From: a virus
Lineage: Duplodnaviria > Caudoviricetes
IMG/VR virus record: IMGVR_UViG_2663763407_000006
Span: 12,440 to 76,439 of that record
DNA length: 64,000 bases
Direction: 5' to 3' (one strand)
Under the pieces are notes generated by a model. It was not told the DNA's origin. It saw only the letters and a list, made by a program, of their open reading frames with translations, and ran no database searches. The position numbers were made by a program, and so were the translations under genes. Of the stretch, positions 10,005 through 19,387 are shown in pieces (the stretch's first letter is position 1; each line of letters starts with the position of its first letter).

Positions 10005-10005
10005 T

Positions 10006-10395
10006 ATGGGACGTAAAGCGCCAACACCACCGCCATATAACCCCGGCGATATTGTGAAGAGGCCCGCGCCACCGCCTCAGCCACCGCAAAAATGCGAAAC
10101 GAAACGAGTAATAATTATGGAAACTCAAACTAACCAGAAAATCACAGCGCAACTGGCTGTTGATATTCTTAATCAAGCGTTGTCACTTGACCCGGATTGT
10201 ATTACTGCGCTGGTATCGCATCGAATAGAGTGTAACGCGACGTTAGCCCATGACTCTGAGGTGATGTGTGGTATGTCTAAAGACAAATACATGACTGGCG
10301 CGCTTGGCGTTATCAACTCACTGGTTACAGACGGCTTTGTCGCTGCACTGTATACAGATGAAAAAAAGCTGGCAGCGTTTCAAGTTTGCAAATAG
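10006..10395 (+). CDS. Hypothetical protein, Pro-rich N-terminus
   Basis: ORF with GAGG SD directly after Q, followed by terminator. Confidence 0.6.
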   Translation: MGRKAPTPPPYNPGDIVKRPAPPPQPPQKCETKRVIIMETQTNQKITAQLAVDILNQALSLDPDCITALVSHRIECNATLAHDSEVMCGMSKDKYMTGALGVINSLVTDGFVAALYTDEKKLAAFQVCK

Positions 10396-10419
10396 TTAAT
10401 TGATATTTTTGAATATCAT

Positions 10420-10443
10420 AGCCGCCGAGCCGGGCGGCTTTTT
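10420..10443 (+). terminator. Intrinsic terminator ending P-Q operon
   Basis: AGCCGCC-gagccg-GGCGGCT followed by T run. Confidence 0.75.
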
Positions 10444-10606
10444 CATGCCCGAAAAGTAGCGATTCCAACACCTCGCGCCATACGCCACCAGACGCCCGTC
10501 ACGCCATCACACCCCATGAACACGCATTGATTCCCAACTCAACCGAACGCAGCACCACGGCCCGCCCAAGATCGATAAATAAGGGTATCAAAACCCTTTG
10601 CGCGCA

Positions 10607-10625
10607 ATGCTATCCCCGCCACGCC
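10607..10625 (-). other. cos site (19-bp P2/186-type cohesive end)
   Basis: Minus strand GGCGTGGCGGGGATAGCAT, close to P2 cos GGCGAGGCGGGGAAAGCAC. Confidence 0.9.
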
Positions 10626-10801
10626 TGCGCGCTTTGCAGGTCGCTTTTCATGCACTTGCATGATCCATTGAGATCCGCGCCGGAACTGGCGCTAACAGGG
10701 GAAATAGGGGAGGGGATCAACATGCGGAATCATGCACTATATGCATGCATGACCCAAATCACGATGGGAGGCCACACATGCATTATTTTATGGGGGATTT
10801 A

Positions 10802-10996
10802 TCAGTGCGATTTTTTACCGTCGGCGTTATAGAAAATCTCATCATAATTTTGGCTCGTGACTATCTGGCTGGTCAGGTCTGATATCAACGACATGGCGAC
10901 AAGAAACTCGCTATTACTACACTGTGCAACTTGCGAAACTTCAGCAATAAACTGAATTCTTGATAGTGTTAATTCTATTTTATCAACGGGTTTCAA
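10802..10996 (-). CDS. Tum-like SOS antirepressor (short form)
   Basis: LSRIQFIAEV...C...VAMSLISDL resembles phage 186 Tum N-terminal domain; LexA box upstream; A-cos position. Confidence 0.65.
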   Translation of the reverse strand: MKPVDKIELTLSRIQFIAEVSQVAQCSNSEFLVAMSLISDLTSQIVTSQNYDEIFYNADGKKSH

Positions 10997-11012
10997 TGCA
11001 GGCTCCTTATTA

Positions 11013-11032
11013 TACTGTATTTATATACAGTA
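11013..11032. promoter_or_regulatory. LexA (SOS) box
   Basis: TACTGTATTTATATACAGTA, CTG-N10-CAG near consensus. Confidence 0.92.
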
Positions 11033-11133
11033 TCGAGTAAAACAATATTCAGGTCAATACTGTATATGGCTGTTTAGTTAAATCAGATGCTTGTGACGCG
11101 CTATATGTTGTAAAAGTAATCCGCCGTGACGCG

Positions 11134-11493
11134 TCACAATGGTTTAACTGCACTAATTAATAAGCTGTTGATACCTTTGGTTTGCCAACACGCCGCTTCA
11201 CCCCGTAAACAACACCCATTTGGATCGCCCGGCAAGGTATCGCCACATTTGCCACAGCGTTGTTTACCCAGCTCGGCTTGTTGCTCTTTTAGTCGCTGGT
11301 TATCTTGTCGAATCAGCAGCGCGATATATTCCGGTAAATCGTAAGCTGGCCGGAACAGACGCCGGGCGGTCATGCCCTCGATTAGCATGGCGAACTCTTC
11401 TGGCTCCAGTCGGGCGCGAATTTCATTGATACCGGCGGATTTATCACGCTGGCGCTGTGCCTGTTTACGGGTAGTGGCGTCGGTTTTAGTCAT
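11134..11493 (-). CDS. Hypothetical protein with CxxC/CC/C cluster
   Basis: GAGAGG SD before ATG 11493; RCGKCG..CC..CW. Confidence 0.7.
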   Translation of the reverse strand: MTKTDATTRKQAQRQRDKSAGINEIRARLEPEEFAMLIEGMTARRLFRPAYDLPEYIALLIRQDNQRLKEQQAELGKQRCGKCGDTLPGDPNGCCLRGEAACWQTKGINSLLISAVKPL

Positions 11494-11512
11494 GGTTTTC
11501 CTCTCAGGTAGA

Positions 11513-13798
11513 TTAATCATCGAATTCCGGCCAGTCGAACAAGGCCGGATATTGAATAACTGTGTCGTTAAACGTCATTGAAGCCCCACGCGCTAACGAT
11601 TCCAGCTCCCAACGTTGGGCGCTGATATCTTTCAACAGTAAATCGTTGCGGATTTGGGGGATGCGCTGGCGTTCTTCGCGGGTTAAACGGGCGGATGGCG
11701 CAATAAGTCGGCCCTTGGTGGGGTCATAACTGCGTTGCATCTTGCTTATCGTTGGCTGTTTCTCTTTAACGCGGGCCACAATCGCCCTCACGGCGGCAGT
11801 GTCCGACCAGTCAATAACGGCGTCCGGTGGGTATTCCATCGCCGCCACAGGCGTTTTATCCTGCCCGTTGGGGTCATTTGGCGCTTGGGTGTTTCCACCT
11901 AACCCACAGTTATTGACAGAACTCCGAGGCGCGCCAGAGGCGCTTTTCAAAGTCAAAAGCTCAACGTCAACGGCACCAGCAACGATGCGCCATTGGGTTG
12001 TGCGGGTTTCATGAATATGGTCAGCGCCCAAGTGAGGCGCATAGATACCGACGACTTTCTGCACTTCTTCATCGTAGGCGTTGAGTTCATCGGCGACGCG
12101 CTTGGCTAACCGGACGGTCTGATTGCCGCAATTGGTGCCACCTTGCGCCATGATGTAGGCAGCAAAATCACCCTCATCAGCCGCATGGCGCACAGCTTCC
12201 ACGGTTTCGTCGAAAGTCTCGGCCAGACTAATAGAACGGATACGGCGACACTCGCGATAGACTCCCATGGAGGGAAGCCCAATCGGGCGAAACTGAGGGA
12301 TGCGCCACGTTGCCGCCCACGCCGTCACCGCCGCAGCGGAATCGGTTAGCAGCTCACCGGTTTCATGGTCACGTTCACCCTCAAGTGCATAGCCGTCGAT
12401 ATTCTTGGCAATGTATTTAGCGATGTAGCCAGCGGCTCCGCCTTTGTTCATGTGCTTACACTCAAAGCGATATTTAGCGGCACCGCGCTCGTCACCATCT
12501 TCTTTCAACGCATAGCGGCGCATGATGTCGATTACCTGCTGGCGCTGGCGGCGTTGGCAAAACAGCATCATGTGCCAGTGCGGCGTACCGTCATGGTGTG
12601 GCTCAACTACGCGCATTCCGTAGACACTTAATTCGTTGTCTTTAAAGGCGGTGCGCATCTTGCTCCAAATCTTGCAGAGATAGCGCTGGCCGTCTTTGGG
12701 TGAATAGGCTTCATCATTCCACTTATGATTAAGCTGTACTTTCTCGTTGTCACCTTTCCCAACAACGCGAGTCGGGTGATATTTGGACGGGGTGGTGATG
12801 GTCAGGAACATACCGACGTGCTTTTGCCCGGCAGCATATTTTTCCGTGAAAGCGATGGTGTTCATTAGCTCCATGCGGCGAATTTCTGGATTAGAAATAC
12901 TCGCCATCACCTTATCAATCAGGTCGATGCGCTCACCGGTTTCAATATTTTCTAACTGGCAGCTTTTGAGATATTCCAAATTAGACTGGCGACGGGCGAA
13001 CACTTCGCGGATAGCCTGCTTACTGGCATAAGAAGATGCTGAAATATCCCGGCTAACATTACCGACAGCAATCAATAACGCTTCCCGCCAGCGGGTTCGC
13101 TGTGCTTTGAGTTTGCGCTCCCACCATTCAGGATTAACCAGACGTGATAGGCTGGCGATAGCAGAGGTGATATCTAACCGGCCTTTCAGGTATTTGCGCC
13201 AGTGCATCGGCGTGATATTAAAAGCGCGCGCCATTCTGGCAAGACCACCGAATATGCGTACCTGTGTATCAGCCTGCAATAAAACGGCCCTGTCACCCTG
13301 ATTAGCCTTAATGCATTCATCACAATGATGGTTGTACGCCACCATTAGCTCATCACCGATTTTGCGGGCAAAGCGGCGCAGCTCTTTATCATGCATACCC
13401 GCTAAGCTGGCATAGGTTGGGGCATCAGTGGAAAAGCTCATTGATGCACTGAGGCGCATAACATTTTTGCTATTGACCACCTGAATACGCGGCCAGATAC
13501 GCTGGTCAAAGACAAACACCAGCCATTTATTAGCATCGTTTAGCCCTTTATTGGCTAACAGGTATTGATAGCGAGAAATGAACTGGCTACGCAGGAAATG
13601 CGGCAGATTATGGATATTGGCTAAAACGGCTTGCCCCTGAATCAGTTGTTCACGGGTAAGCGGTCTTTGAATGCCGGGCAAGGTTTGGCGCGGTTTGCTG
13701 CCGGGATAGGCATAAGTAGGAACAGCAGCGCCGCTGCCCGGATAAGGCAACGGCGGAGTTGGGGTTATTCGTCCGCGTAGGTTATCAATGCTGGTCAT
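11513..13798 (-). CDS. A: Rolling-circle replication initiator gpA
   Basis: EPHHDGTPHWH (HUH) and YIAKYIAKNIDG tyrosine motif. Confidence 0.96.
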   Translation of the reverse strand: MTSIDNLRGRITPTPPLPYPGSGAAVPTYAYPGSKPRQTLPGIQRPLTREQLIQGQAVLANIHNLPHFLRSQFISRYQYLLANKGLNDANKWLVFVFDQRIWPRIQVVNSKNVMRLSASMSFSTDAPTYASLAGMHDKELRRFARKIGDELMVAYNHHCDECIKANQGDRAVLLQADTQVRIFGGLARMARAFNITPMHWRKYLKGRLDITSAIASLSRLVNPEWWERKLKAQRTRWREALLIAVGNVSRDISASSYASKQAIREVFARRQSNLEYLKSCQLENIETGERIDLIDKVMASISNPEIRRMELMNTIAFTEKYAAGQKHVGMFLTITTPSKYHPTRVVGKGDNEKVQLNHKWNDEAYSPKDGQRYLCKIWSKMRTAFKDNELSVYGMRVVEPHHDGTPHWHMMLFCQRRQRQQVIDIMRRYALKEDGDERGAAKYRFECKHMNKGGAAGYIAKYIAKNIDGYALEGERDHETGELLTDSAAAVTAWAATWRIPQFRPIGLPSMGVYRECRRIRSISLAETFDETVEAVRHAADEGDFAAYIMAQGGTNCGNQTVRLAKRVADELNAYDEEVQKVVGIYAPHLGADHIHETRTTQWRIVAGAVDVELLTLKSASGAPRSSVNNCGLGGNTQAPNDPNGQDKTPVAAMEYPPDAVIDWSDTAAVRAIVARVKEKQPTISKMQRSYDPTKGRLIAPSARLTREERQRIPQIRNDLLLKDISAQRWELESLARGASMTFNDTVIQYPALFDWPEFDD
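11904..11933 (-). other. Replication origin (nick site) inside gene A
   Basis: Minus strand CGCGCCTCGGAGTTCTGTCAATAACTGTGG, nearly identical to P2 ori. Confidence 0.85.
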
Positions 13799-14057
13799 AA
13801 GACTGCGTTAATATGTGCTCAGCGATTTGGTTAAGCAGCTCCGCCGCCTCTACGCCGTTCAATTCTCGGTTTAGAATTTGATTAGCTATCTCATCCAGCC
13901 GAAATGAAACCAGTGCGGCCTGATTCTTTCTTTCATCCTTGCGAGCTTCATTTAGCATTAGCTCAATTGATTCAACTGATATCATTGTGATTGAACGGTC
14001 ACTACCCGGCTTGGCGGGGTCTACGCCTACCCATATATTTTGAGCTGTATTCTGCAT
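13785..14057 (-). CDS. P2-like early protein (DUF2732-like)
   Basis: LNEARKDERK..LNGVEAAELL. Confidence 0.8.
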   Translation of the reverse strand: MQNTAQNIWVGVDPAKPGSDRSITMISVESIELMLNEARKDERKNQAALVSFRLDEIANQILNRELNGVEAAELLNQIAEHILTQSYDQH

Positions 14058-14122
14058 AGATAATTCCTGCTTTTAGGCAATACGAAACCCGGCGAGTGAA
14101 ACGCCATATATTGCGACCTTGG

Positions 14123-14434
14123 TTAATTAATAATATTCAGTGTGCAGTCATCATTACTGACAAACGACGGCAGCGAACGAGTAAACTCAATTAAGTAGTT
14201 CAGCGTTTCAACAACAGATTCTCTTTCTGCAGGACTTAATTCTGAAAACTGCATATTCACATGGCGACTTTTTAACCCGGCATGAAAACAAATTGTTTTA
14301 CGCAAATGTGTCGGTGACTTATCAAAAGCCTCCTGAGTAACATTCTTTCTATTACGGAAATGCGTTTCTTTTAATTCAGCAATACGAGCAATACCCGTCA
14401 TTCTTAATTTTTCAGCTTCCGTTAATTGCAGCAT
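14123..14434 (-). CDS. Replication protein B-like (DUF5347)
   Basis: GIARIAELK..ICFHAGL..F.ELS..ER; position. Confidence 0.7.
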   Translation of the reverse strand: MLQLTEAEKLRMTGIARIAELKETHFRNRKNVTQEAFDKSPTHLRKTICFHAGLKSRHVNMQFSELSPAERESVVETLNYLIEFTRSLPSFVSNDDCTLNIIN

Positions 14435-14445
14435 ATAACCCCCAA

Positions 14446-14631
14446 TTAACGCCCGAACAGACGGCGTAATATTGGCGTCTTCTTTTCAGAGGACAATTCT
14501 TGTAAAAGCGCCTTTTGATTACTTCCCGGCTTCCAGCGCTGGCCGTTCTTCAACTCCAGCACACCGTGACCAAAATGGCGTAGGTTTACCGGGCTTTGCT
14601 GTTTTAACAATGGGGCAATAGAAATAATCAT
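14446..14631 (-). CDS. Fil-like protein (DUF2724)
   Basis: SIAPLLKQQSP...FGHG..ELKNGQRW.P. Confidence 0.75.
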   Translation of the reverse strand: MIISIAPLLKQQSPVNLRHFGHGVLELKNGQRWKPGSNQKALLQELSSEKKTPILRRLFGR

Positions 14632-14640
14632 AAAGACACC

Positions 14641-15150
14641 TCAACTCAAACCAGCGACAGCACTCAAGCCGCTAATAACATCAACAGTTGAAGCAAGCGC
14701 AGGGGTTGATTGAATGCGCGCCTGCACTGTCAGGCCAATTAGTGACAGGTGGCGAATCGCAGTATTGACGCTATCCAGCAGAGCAGATTTGCTGAATGCT
14801 GTTTTGTGATTGCCTTGTACCGCAGCGGCAGCAATAGAACCCACGGCGGCAGTAGCATGTAGCGCATAAGTCGGGATATTGCCGGGGCAGGCTTCATTGA
14901 CTGGCACAGATGGCATGCAATTGATTTGTGACAGCAGGCCGTCTAATAACGTTGGGTCTTCGGTCAGGTCGGTGATGCGTAACAGCTCGTCTACGGTCAA
15001 ACGGTGCGGCTGGTCAGGATTCAATTTGTTACGCAGAACTTGCGCCGCTATTCCTGCGTTTGCTGCCAGCTCGACTAAGTTGTGTTTTAACGCAAACTGG
15101 CGGCAGGCGTTATCAAAGTGCGGATGTTTGGACACTGAAAAATCAAACAT
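14641..15150 (-). CDS. cII: 186-type CII activator
   Basis: MFDF..SKHPHFD.AC..LRNKLNPDQPHRLT. Confidence 0.92.
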   Translation of the reverse strand: MFDFSVSKHPHFDNACRQFALKHNLVELAANAGIAAQVLRNKLNPDQPHRLTVDELLRITDLTEDPTLLDGLLSQINCMPSVPVNEACPGNIPTYALHATAAVGSIAAAAVQGNHKTAFSKSALLDSVNTAIRHLSLIGLTVQARIQSTPALASTVDVISGLSAVAGLS

Positions 15151-15204
15151 GGCTTACTTCCTCACATATGCCGACAATTAGTTGGCAAATTTGAATATCG
15201 AACA

Positions 15205-15402
15205 TTACTGGTTTGCCGCTTCTTTAGTGAGAGCGATCATATTTACGAGAACCTTTTCCATTTTGCGAACTTTCTGGCGGATAGGTAGACGACCATCTTT
15301 CACCATGCCACGGCAGGTTTCATAAGGGATTCCACTCAATTTTGAGAACTCAGTAAGTGACAAATAGGGCGACGTAACTGTTATTGCAAGGTTCTGATTC
15401 AT
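15205..15402 (-). CDS. apl: Apl/Cox-like regulator and excision factor
   Basis: PYLSLTEF..LSG...GRLPI..VLVNM.AL; divergent from cI. Confidence 0.88.
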   Translation of the reverse strand: MNQNLAITVTSPYLSLTEFSKLSGIPYETCRGMVKDGRLPIRQKVRKMEKVLVNMIALTKEAANQ

Positions 15403-15472
15403 AGGGCATCCTGTTTGATGGTGGTTAATATAGGTATTGGTGGGTATTTGCCATCAATTCACGAATTAAACT

Positions 15473-16084
15473 ATGCATATGCGAGTATGTAAAGGGGTTT
15501 TTACGAGCGTGGATGATAAAAAACTAAGCGGCGGGATTGCAGCAGTAGAAAGAATGATGCAAGCCTATGGTTTTAAAGTACAAAGAGAATTAGCGGCTTA
15601 TCTAGGTGCAGGAACGGGAACAATCAGCACTTGGATCAAACGTGATTACTTTCCGGGCAAAGAGATTGTGCTCTGTGCTTTAGAAACAGGTGTTTCATTA
15701 CATTGGCTTGCAACTGGTGAGGGTGAACCTCAGGAACCGGTTAAACCTGCCGCACATGAAACCGCACAATCTATTGCTCATAAAAGCCTTGAAGATGGCT
15801 TGCTGATAGATGCATCCCCCATATTGCTAGATTCAGAGTTACTGCCCGTTCAGATTATTGAACCTGAATTAATTTCGTTCCCTAATGAAAAACGTTATTT
15901 TCTGGTCGAACGTCAATTTAGAAATGTTGCTGACGGTCTTTGGTTGATTGAAAAAGCAGGTGTAACCTCGATTAGCAATATTGCTCGTTTACCGGGTGAT
16001 GTATGGCGTATCAATGATGTCAATTGGCCGGTTAGTGAAGTCAATATTCTTGCAAAGGTAGTCGGTGAAATTAAAGGGTATTAG
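15473..16084 (+). CDS. cI: 186-type CI repressor (start may be GTG 15509)
   Basis: ERMMQAYGF..TISTWIKRDYFP..CALETGVSLHWLATGEG. Confidence 0.9.
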   Translation: MHMRVCKGVFTSVDDKKLSGGIAAVERMMQAYGFKVQRELAAYLGAGTGTISTWIKRDYFPGKEIVLCALETGVSLHWLATGEGEPQEPVKPAAHETAQSIAHKSLEDGLLIDASPILLDSELLPVQIIEPELISFPNEKRYFLVERQFRNVADGLWLIEKAGVTSISNIARLPGDVWRINDVNWPVSEVNILAKVVGEIKGY

Positions 16085-16147
16085 TGGGAATGAAGTTGAA
16101 GAATAATATTGTTATTTTATGCGATAAACTAAAATAGGTAATTAACT

Positions 16148-17200
16148 GTGGATATAATAAAAATTCAAGATCAAATAGATAAAAATAGAAAGACAGTCTC
16201 ATTTGATAGCTATGATATAACTATCAAACAAGTTTATGATATGTTAGCCGAAGGTATTATAGATATATCACCAGAATATCAAAGGCATTTTATTTGGGAT
16301 GAAACGAGACAATCACAACTTATTGAGTCAATTTTTCTCGGCATACCTGTTCCAAGCTTATACATGGCAACAAACAGGGATTCATCTTGGGACGTTGTTG
16401 ATGGGGTTCAACGCCTATCGACTATTATCAACTTCATTGGAAGCGAAGATGAACCTGCTTTAGAGGGACATTATAATCAATTGACATTAGAAGGATTGGA
16501 AAAGTTAGATTCAATGAATGGACTTACTTTTGATGAAATGCCAAAGCAACTGCAGATTATGTTTCTAACTAGGTCTATAAAACTGACAGTATTAAATGAT
16601 CGTAGTGATTTTTCTGTCAGATATGATCTCTTTGAAAGGTTAAATACTGGAGGGGTTATACTACACCCGCAAGAAATCAGAAACTGTGTATATACGGGGG
16701 AATTTAATGATTTCATAAAGAAATGTGCAGAAAATGTTAACTTTAAGGCGGTAGTTAAGTTGACTGACAATGCTAAAAAGACAGGGAATCTCGAAGAGTT
16801 AGTTCTTAAGTTTTTTGCATATTATGAAAACTCGATTGGATTCACTCATAGTGTTAAAGGTTTTTTAAATGACTATATGGAGAATAAAACCACATCGTTT
16901 AAAAATAAAAAAAATCTTGAAAGTATCTTTACTGAAACCTTTGAGTTTTTGAATAATAGTCTCCCTAATGGAATCGTTCGAGGTAATAGAGTAAACATCA
17001 CGCCAATAGTTCTTTATGAGGCTATTTCTGTCGGGACTGCAATGGCATTAAAAGTTAAGAATAAAAATGATTTGAGTAAAGACAGATTGATTAAATTACT
17101 TAATAGTCCTGAATTGAAAAAACATACAACGGGAGCAACTAACTCTCGTAAGGCACTTACAACTAGAAATGAAATAGTTAAGGGTGAGCTAATAAAATGA
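16148..17200 (+). CDS. DUF262 (GmrS/ParB-like) protein, putative defence
   Basis: PEYQR..W..LIESI, VVDGVQR, FERLNTGG, EIRN; AT-rich. Confidence 0.9.
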   Translation: MDIIKIQDQIDKNRKTVSFDSYDITIKQVYDMLAEGIIDISPEYQRHFIWDETRQSQLIESIFLGIPVPSLYMATNRDSSWDVVDGVQRLSTIINFIGSEDEPALEGHYNQLTLEGLEKLDSMNGLTFDEMPKQLQIMFLTRSIKLTVLNDRSDFSVRYDLFERLNTGGVILHPQEIRNCVYTGEFNDFIKKCAENVNFKAVVKLTDNAKKTGNLEELVLKFFAYYENSIGFTHSVKGFLNDYMENKTTSFKNKKNLESIFTETFEFLNNSLPNGIVRGNRVNITPIVLYEAISVGTAMALKVKNKNDLSKDRLIKLLNSPELKKHTTGATNSRKALTTRNEIVKGELIK

Positions 17201-17901
17201 TTTTTACACCGCTGAGAGATTCTGCTCGAGTTAGATTTAATGACGTTATGATTTATATCAACTATGTTGAATCTCTTGAGCCTACTGTAAATGGAGCCCA
17301 TAATAATATAATACAAGAAACTCCCCCACAAGTAAAAATGTTTAGAGGGCTTTTTTACGTGCATATTTATTCTTATGTTGAAAAAACAGTGAATGACTTA
17401 CTTATCAGAACAATTGCATCTATAAAAGAAAAAAACATATGTAATAAGCATTTTATTACTCAATTTAACTCCATATCACTCCACTCAAAAATGCAGTCAT
17501 TTAAACAATCAAAAAACACGCTTTACTTAAGCAAAGCGTGCGATGTCTTTAGTGGAGTTGAGGGGGAGTCAGTATGTACAGTAGCAGAAACTGTATTTTC
17601 TGAGTTTTTACAAAATATATGGTATAAAACTATTGCTGAAGTTTTAGCTGCATTCGGTATTACAAATTTCACAAGAACACCAATAGAAATAGCGACGATT
17701 GATGAAGTGGTTAATAAAAGAAATGCAGTTGCACATGGTAGGCTTTCAGCTGTAGAAGTAGGAGAAGCACACAACTGTTCTGTCCTCAGGGATAAAATGA
17801 ATATTATCGATAATCTGGTAAACGAACTAATTGACACATTTGAGTTGTATGTAATAAACCTACAATGTGTAAAAACTGAGTTTAGGGTTTTATATATATA
17901 A
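17197..17901 (+). CDS. HEPN RNase (RiboL-PSP/MAE_28990-like)
   Basis: IYSYVE and RNAVAH (RxxxxH) motifs; ATGA-coupled to DUF262 gene. Confidence 0.85.
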   Translation: MIFTPLRDSARVRFNDVMIYINYVESLEPTVNGAHNNIIQETPPQVKMFRGLFYVHIYSYVEKTVNDLLIRTIASIKEKNICNKHFITQFNSISLHSKMQSFKQSKNTLYLSKACDVFSGVEGESVCTVAETVFSEFLQNIWYKTIAEVLAAFGITNFTRTPIEIATIDEVVNKRNAVAHGRLSAVEVGEAHNCSVLRDKMNIIDNLVNELIDTFELYVINLQCVKTEFRVLYI

Positions 17902-17928
17902 TATAAATCATTTTGTAAGGCATTTTAA

Positions 17929-18960
17929 ATGGCAGTACGGAAGTTACCCAACGGGAAGTGGGTCTGTGATTTTTACTCAGATGGCCGTGATAGTAAGCGG
18001 GTTAGGAAAACCTTTGTTACTCGCGGTGAGGCGTTGCGCTTTGAACGTGAACAATTAGCGCAACGTGGTGATCTGGATATTGACTACACACCGGCAGAGA
18101 CTGCCGCACAGAGGTTAAAAACATTGGTCGGTCAGTGGTATGAACTCCACGGGCGCTCTTTGAGTGACGGCAAAGCAAGATTAGATAAACTCAATATCCT
18201 GTGTGATAACTTGGGCGATCCTGCTGTTGCTGATTTTGACCGGGAAGTGTTCGCCAAGTACCGCAAGCAGCGTTTAGCCGGTGAGTTTAGTCGTAAGCCA
18301 AAACACGGAATCGTTAAACCGCCAAAAGAGGCAACGGTCAACCGTGAACATGCCTACCTACGAGCTGTCTTTAATGAGTTGAAAAGGCTAGGACATTGGA
18401 ATCATGCTAATCCGTTGGATGGTGTTAGGTTATTTCGTGAAAGCGAAAACGAATTAACTTTTCTTTATGAAGACGATATTAAACGTCTGCTGCATGAGTG
18501 TGACAGTTCCAGCAACAAAGATCTCGGTATCATCGTTCGTATCTGTCTGGCTACCGGCGCGCGCTGGAGTGAAGCGGAGCAACTAAGACAAGCTCAGGTG
18601 ATGCCAAATAAAATTACTTATATCAACACCAAGAGTAAAAAGAACCGAACAGTCCCTATTTCTGCGGAACTGCATAAACTGATTCCAAAAATGAAAGGGC
18701 GCTTATTCGTCAATGCCTATGATGCATTCGGCCAAGCCATTGACAGGGCTAAATTGGAGTTACCTACCGGCCAGTTAACCCACGTTCTACGCCATACTTT
18801 CGCCAGTCATTTTATGATGAACGGGGGTAATATATTAGTGCTACAACAAATCCTCGGGCACTCCACTATCCAGATGACCATGCGCTATAGCCACTTTGCA
18901 CCGGATCATTTAGAAGCTGCAGTGAGTTTGAATCCATATGATCGCATTTCGAGAAATTAA
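17929..18960 (+). CDS. int: Tyrosine integrase (P2/186 family)
   Basis: TGARWSE, HVLRHTF, ILGH, TMRY. Confidence 0.96.
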   Translation: MAVRKLPNGKWVCDFYSDGRDSKRVRKTFVTRGEALRFEREQLAQRGDLDIDYTPAETAAQRLKTLVGQWYELHGRSLSDGKARLDKLNILCDNLGDPAVADFDREVFAKYRKQRLAGEFSRKPKHGIVKPPKEATVNREHAYLRAVFNELKRLGHWNHANPLDGVRLFRESENELTFLYEDDIKRLLHECDSSSNKDLGIIVRICLATGARWSEAEQLRQAQVMPNKITYINTKSKKNRTVPISAELHKLIPKMKGRLFVNAYDAFGQAIDRAKLELPTGQLTHVLRHTFASHFMMNGGNILVLQQILGHSTIQMTMRYSHFAPDHLEAAVSLNPYDRISRN

Positions 18961-18982
18961 TAACATGAGAATATAACGATGA

Positions 18983-19297
18983 ATGAAATGGTTGGAAATT
19001 TTTGTAATAACTGCGTCGAATGAACGAATTATGACGTTGTTGGAATATCTAGTTCTCGGGGTAATGCTGGCTGTGTTCTGTAGCAAGGTACGAGAAATCT
19101 GCCGGTTGCCAGAATATGCAGCCAGAATGAAGCCTGTTATTCCTGATTATGAATGGATCACATACGGGGAGCGGGTCAGTAATGAGGCATTACCATTAGC
19201 AGTTGGTTTGACCAATGGGGAGCAGATCAAAGTGACTCTGAGATATTTATCAATCCAATGGCGATTTAGCATTCGGGCGATAACACTGAAAAGTTAG
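18983..19297 (+). CDS. Possible hypothetical protein
   Basis: 104-aa ORF filling the gap after int; no motif recognised. Confidence 0.3.
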   Translation: MKWLEIFVITASNERIMTLLEYLVLGVMLAVFCSKVREICRLPEYAARMKPVIPDYEWITYGERVSNEALPLAVGLTNGEQIKVTLRYLSIQWRFSIRAITLKS

Positions 19298-19387
19298 ACG
19301 CTGACAGAAACTTTTTAATTCATAAATACGCTCTCAGTCATTAAAGCTTGTGTAAAATAGTTAAAAAATAAGCAACGGAATCTAGTA

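Noticed and set aside
11058-11086. Second LexA box near the tum-like gene
   Set aside because: Half-site only, or CTG-N11-CAG spacing
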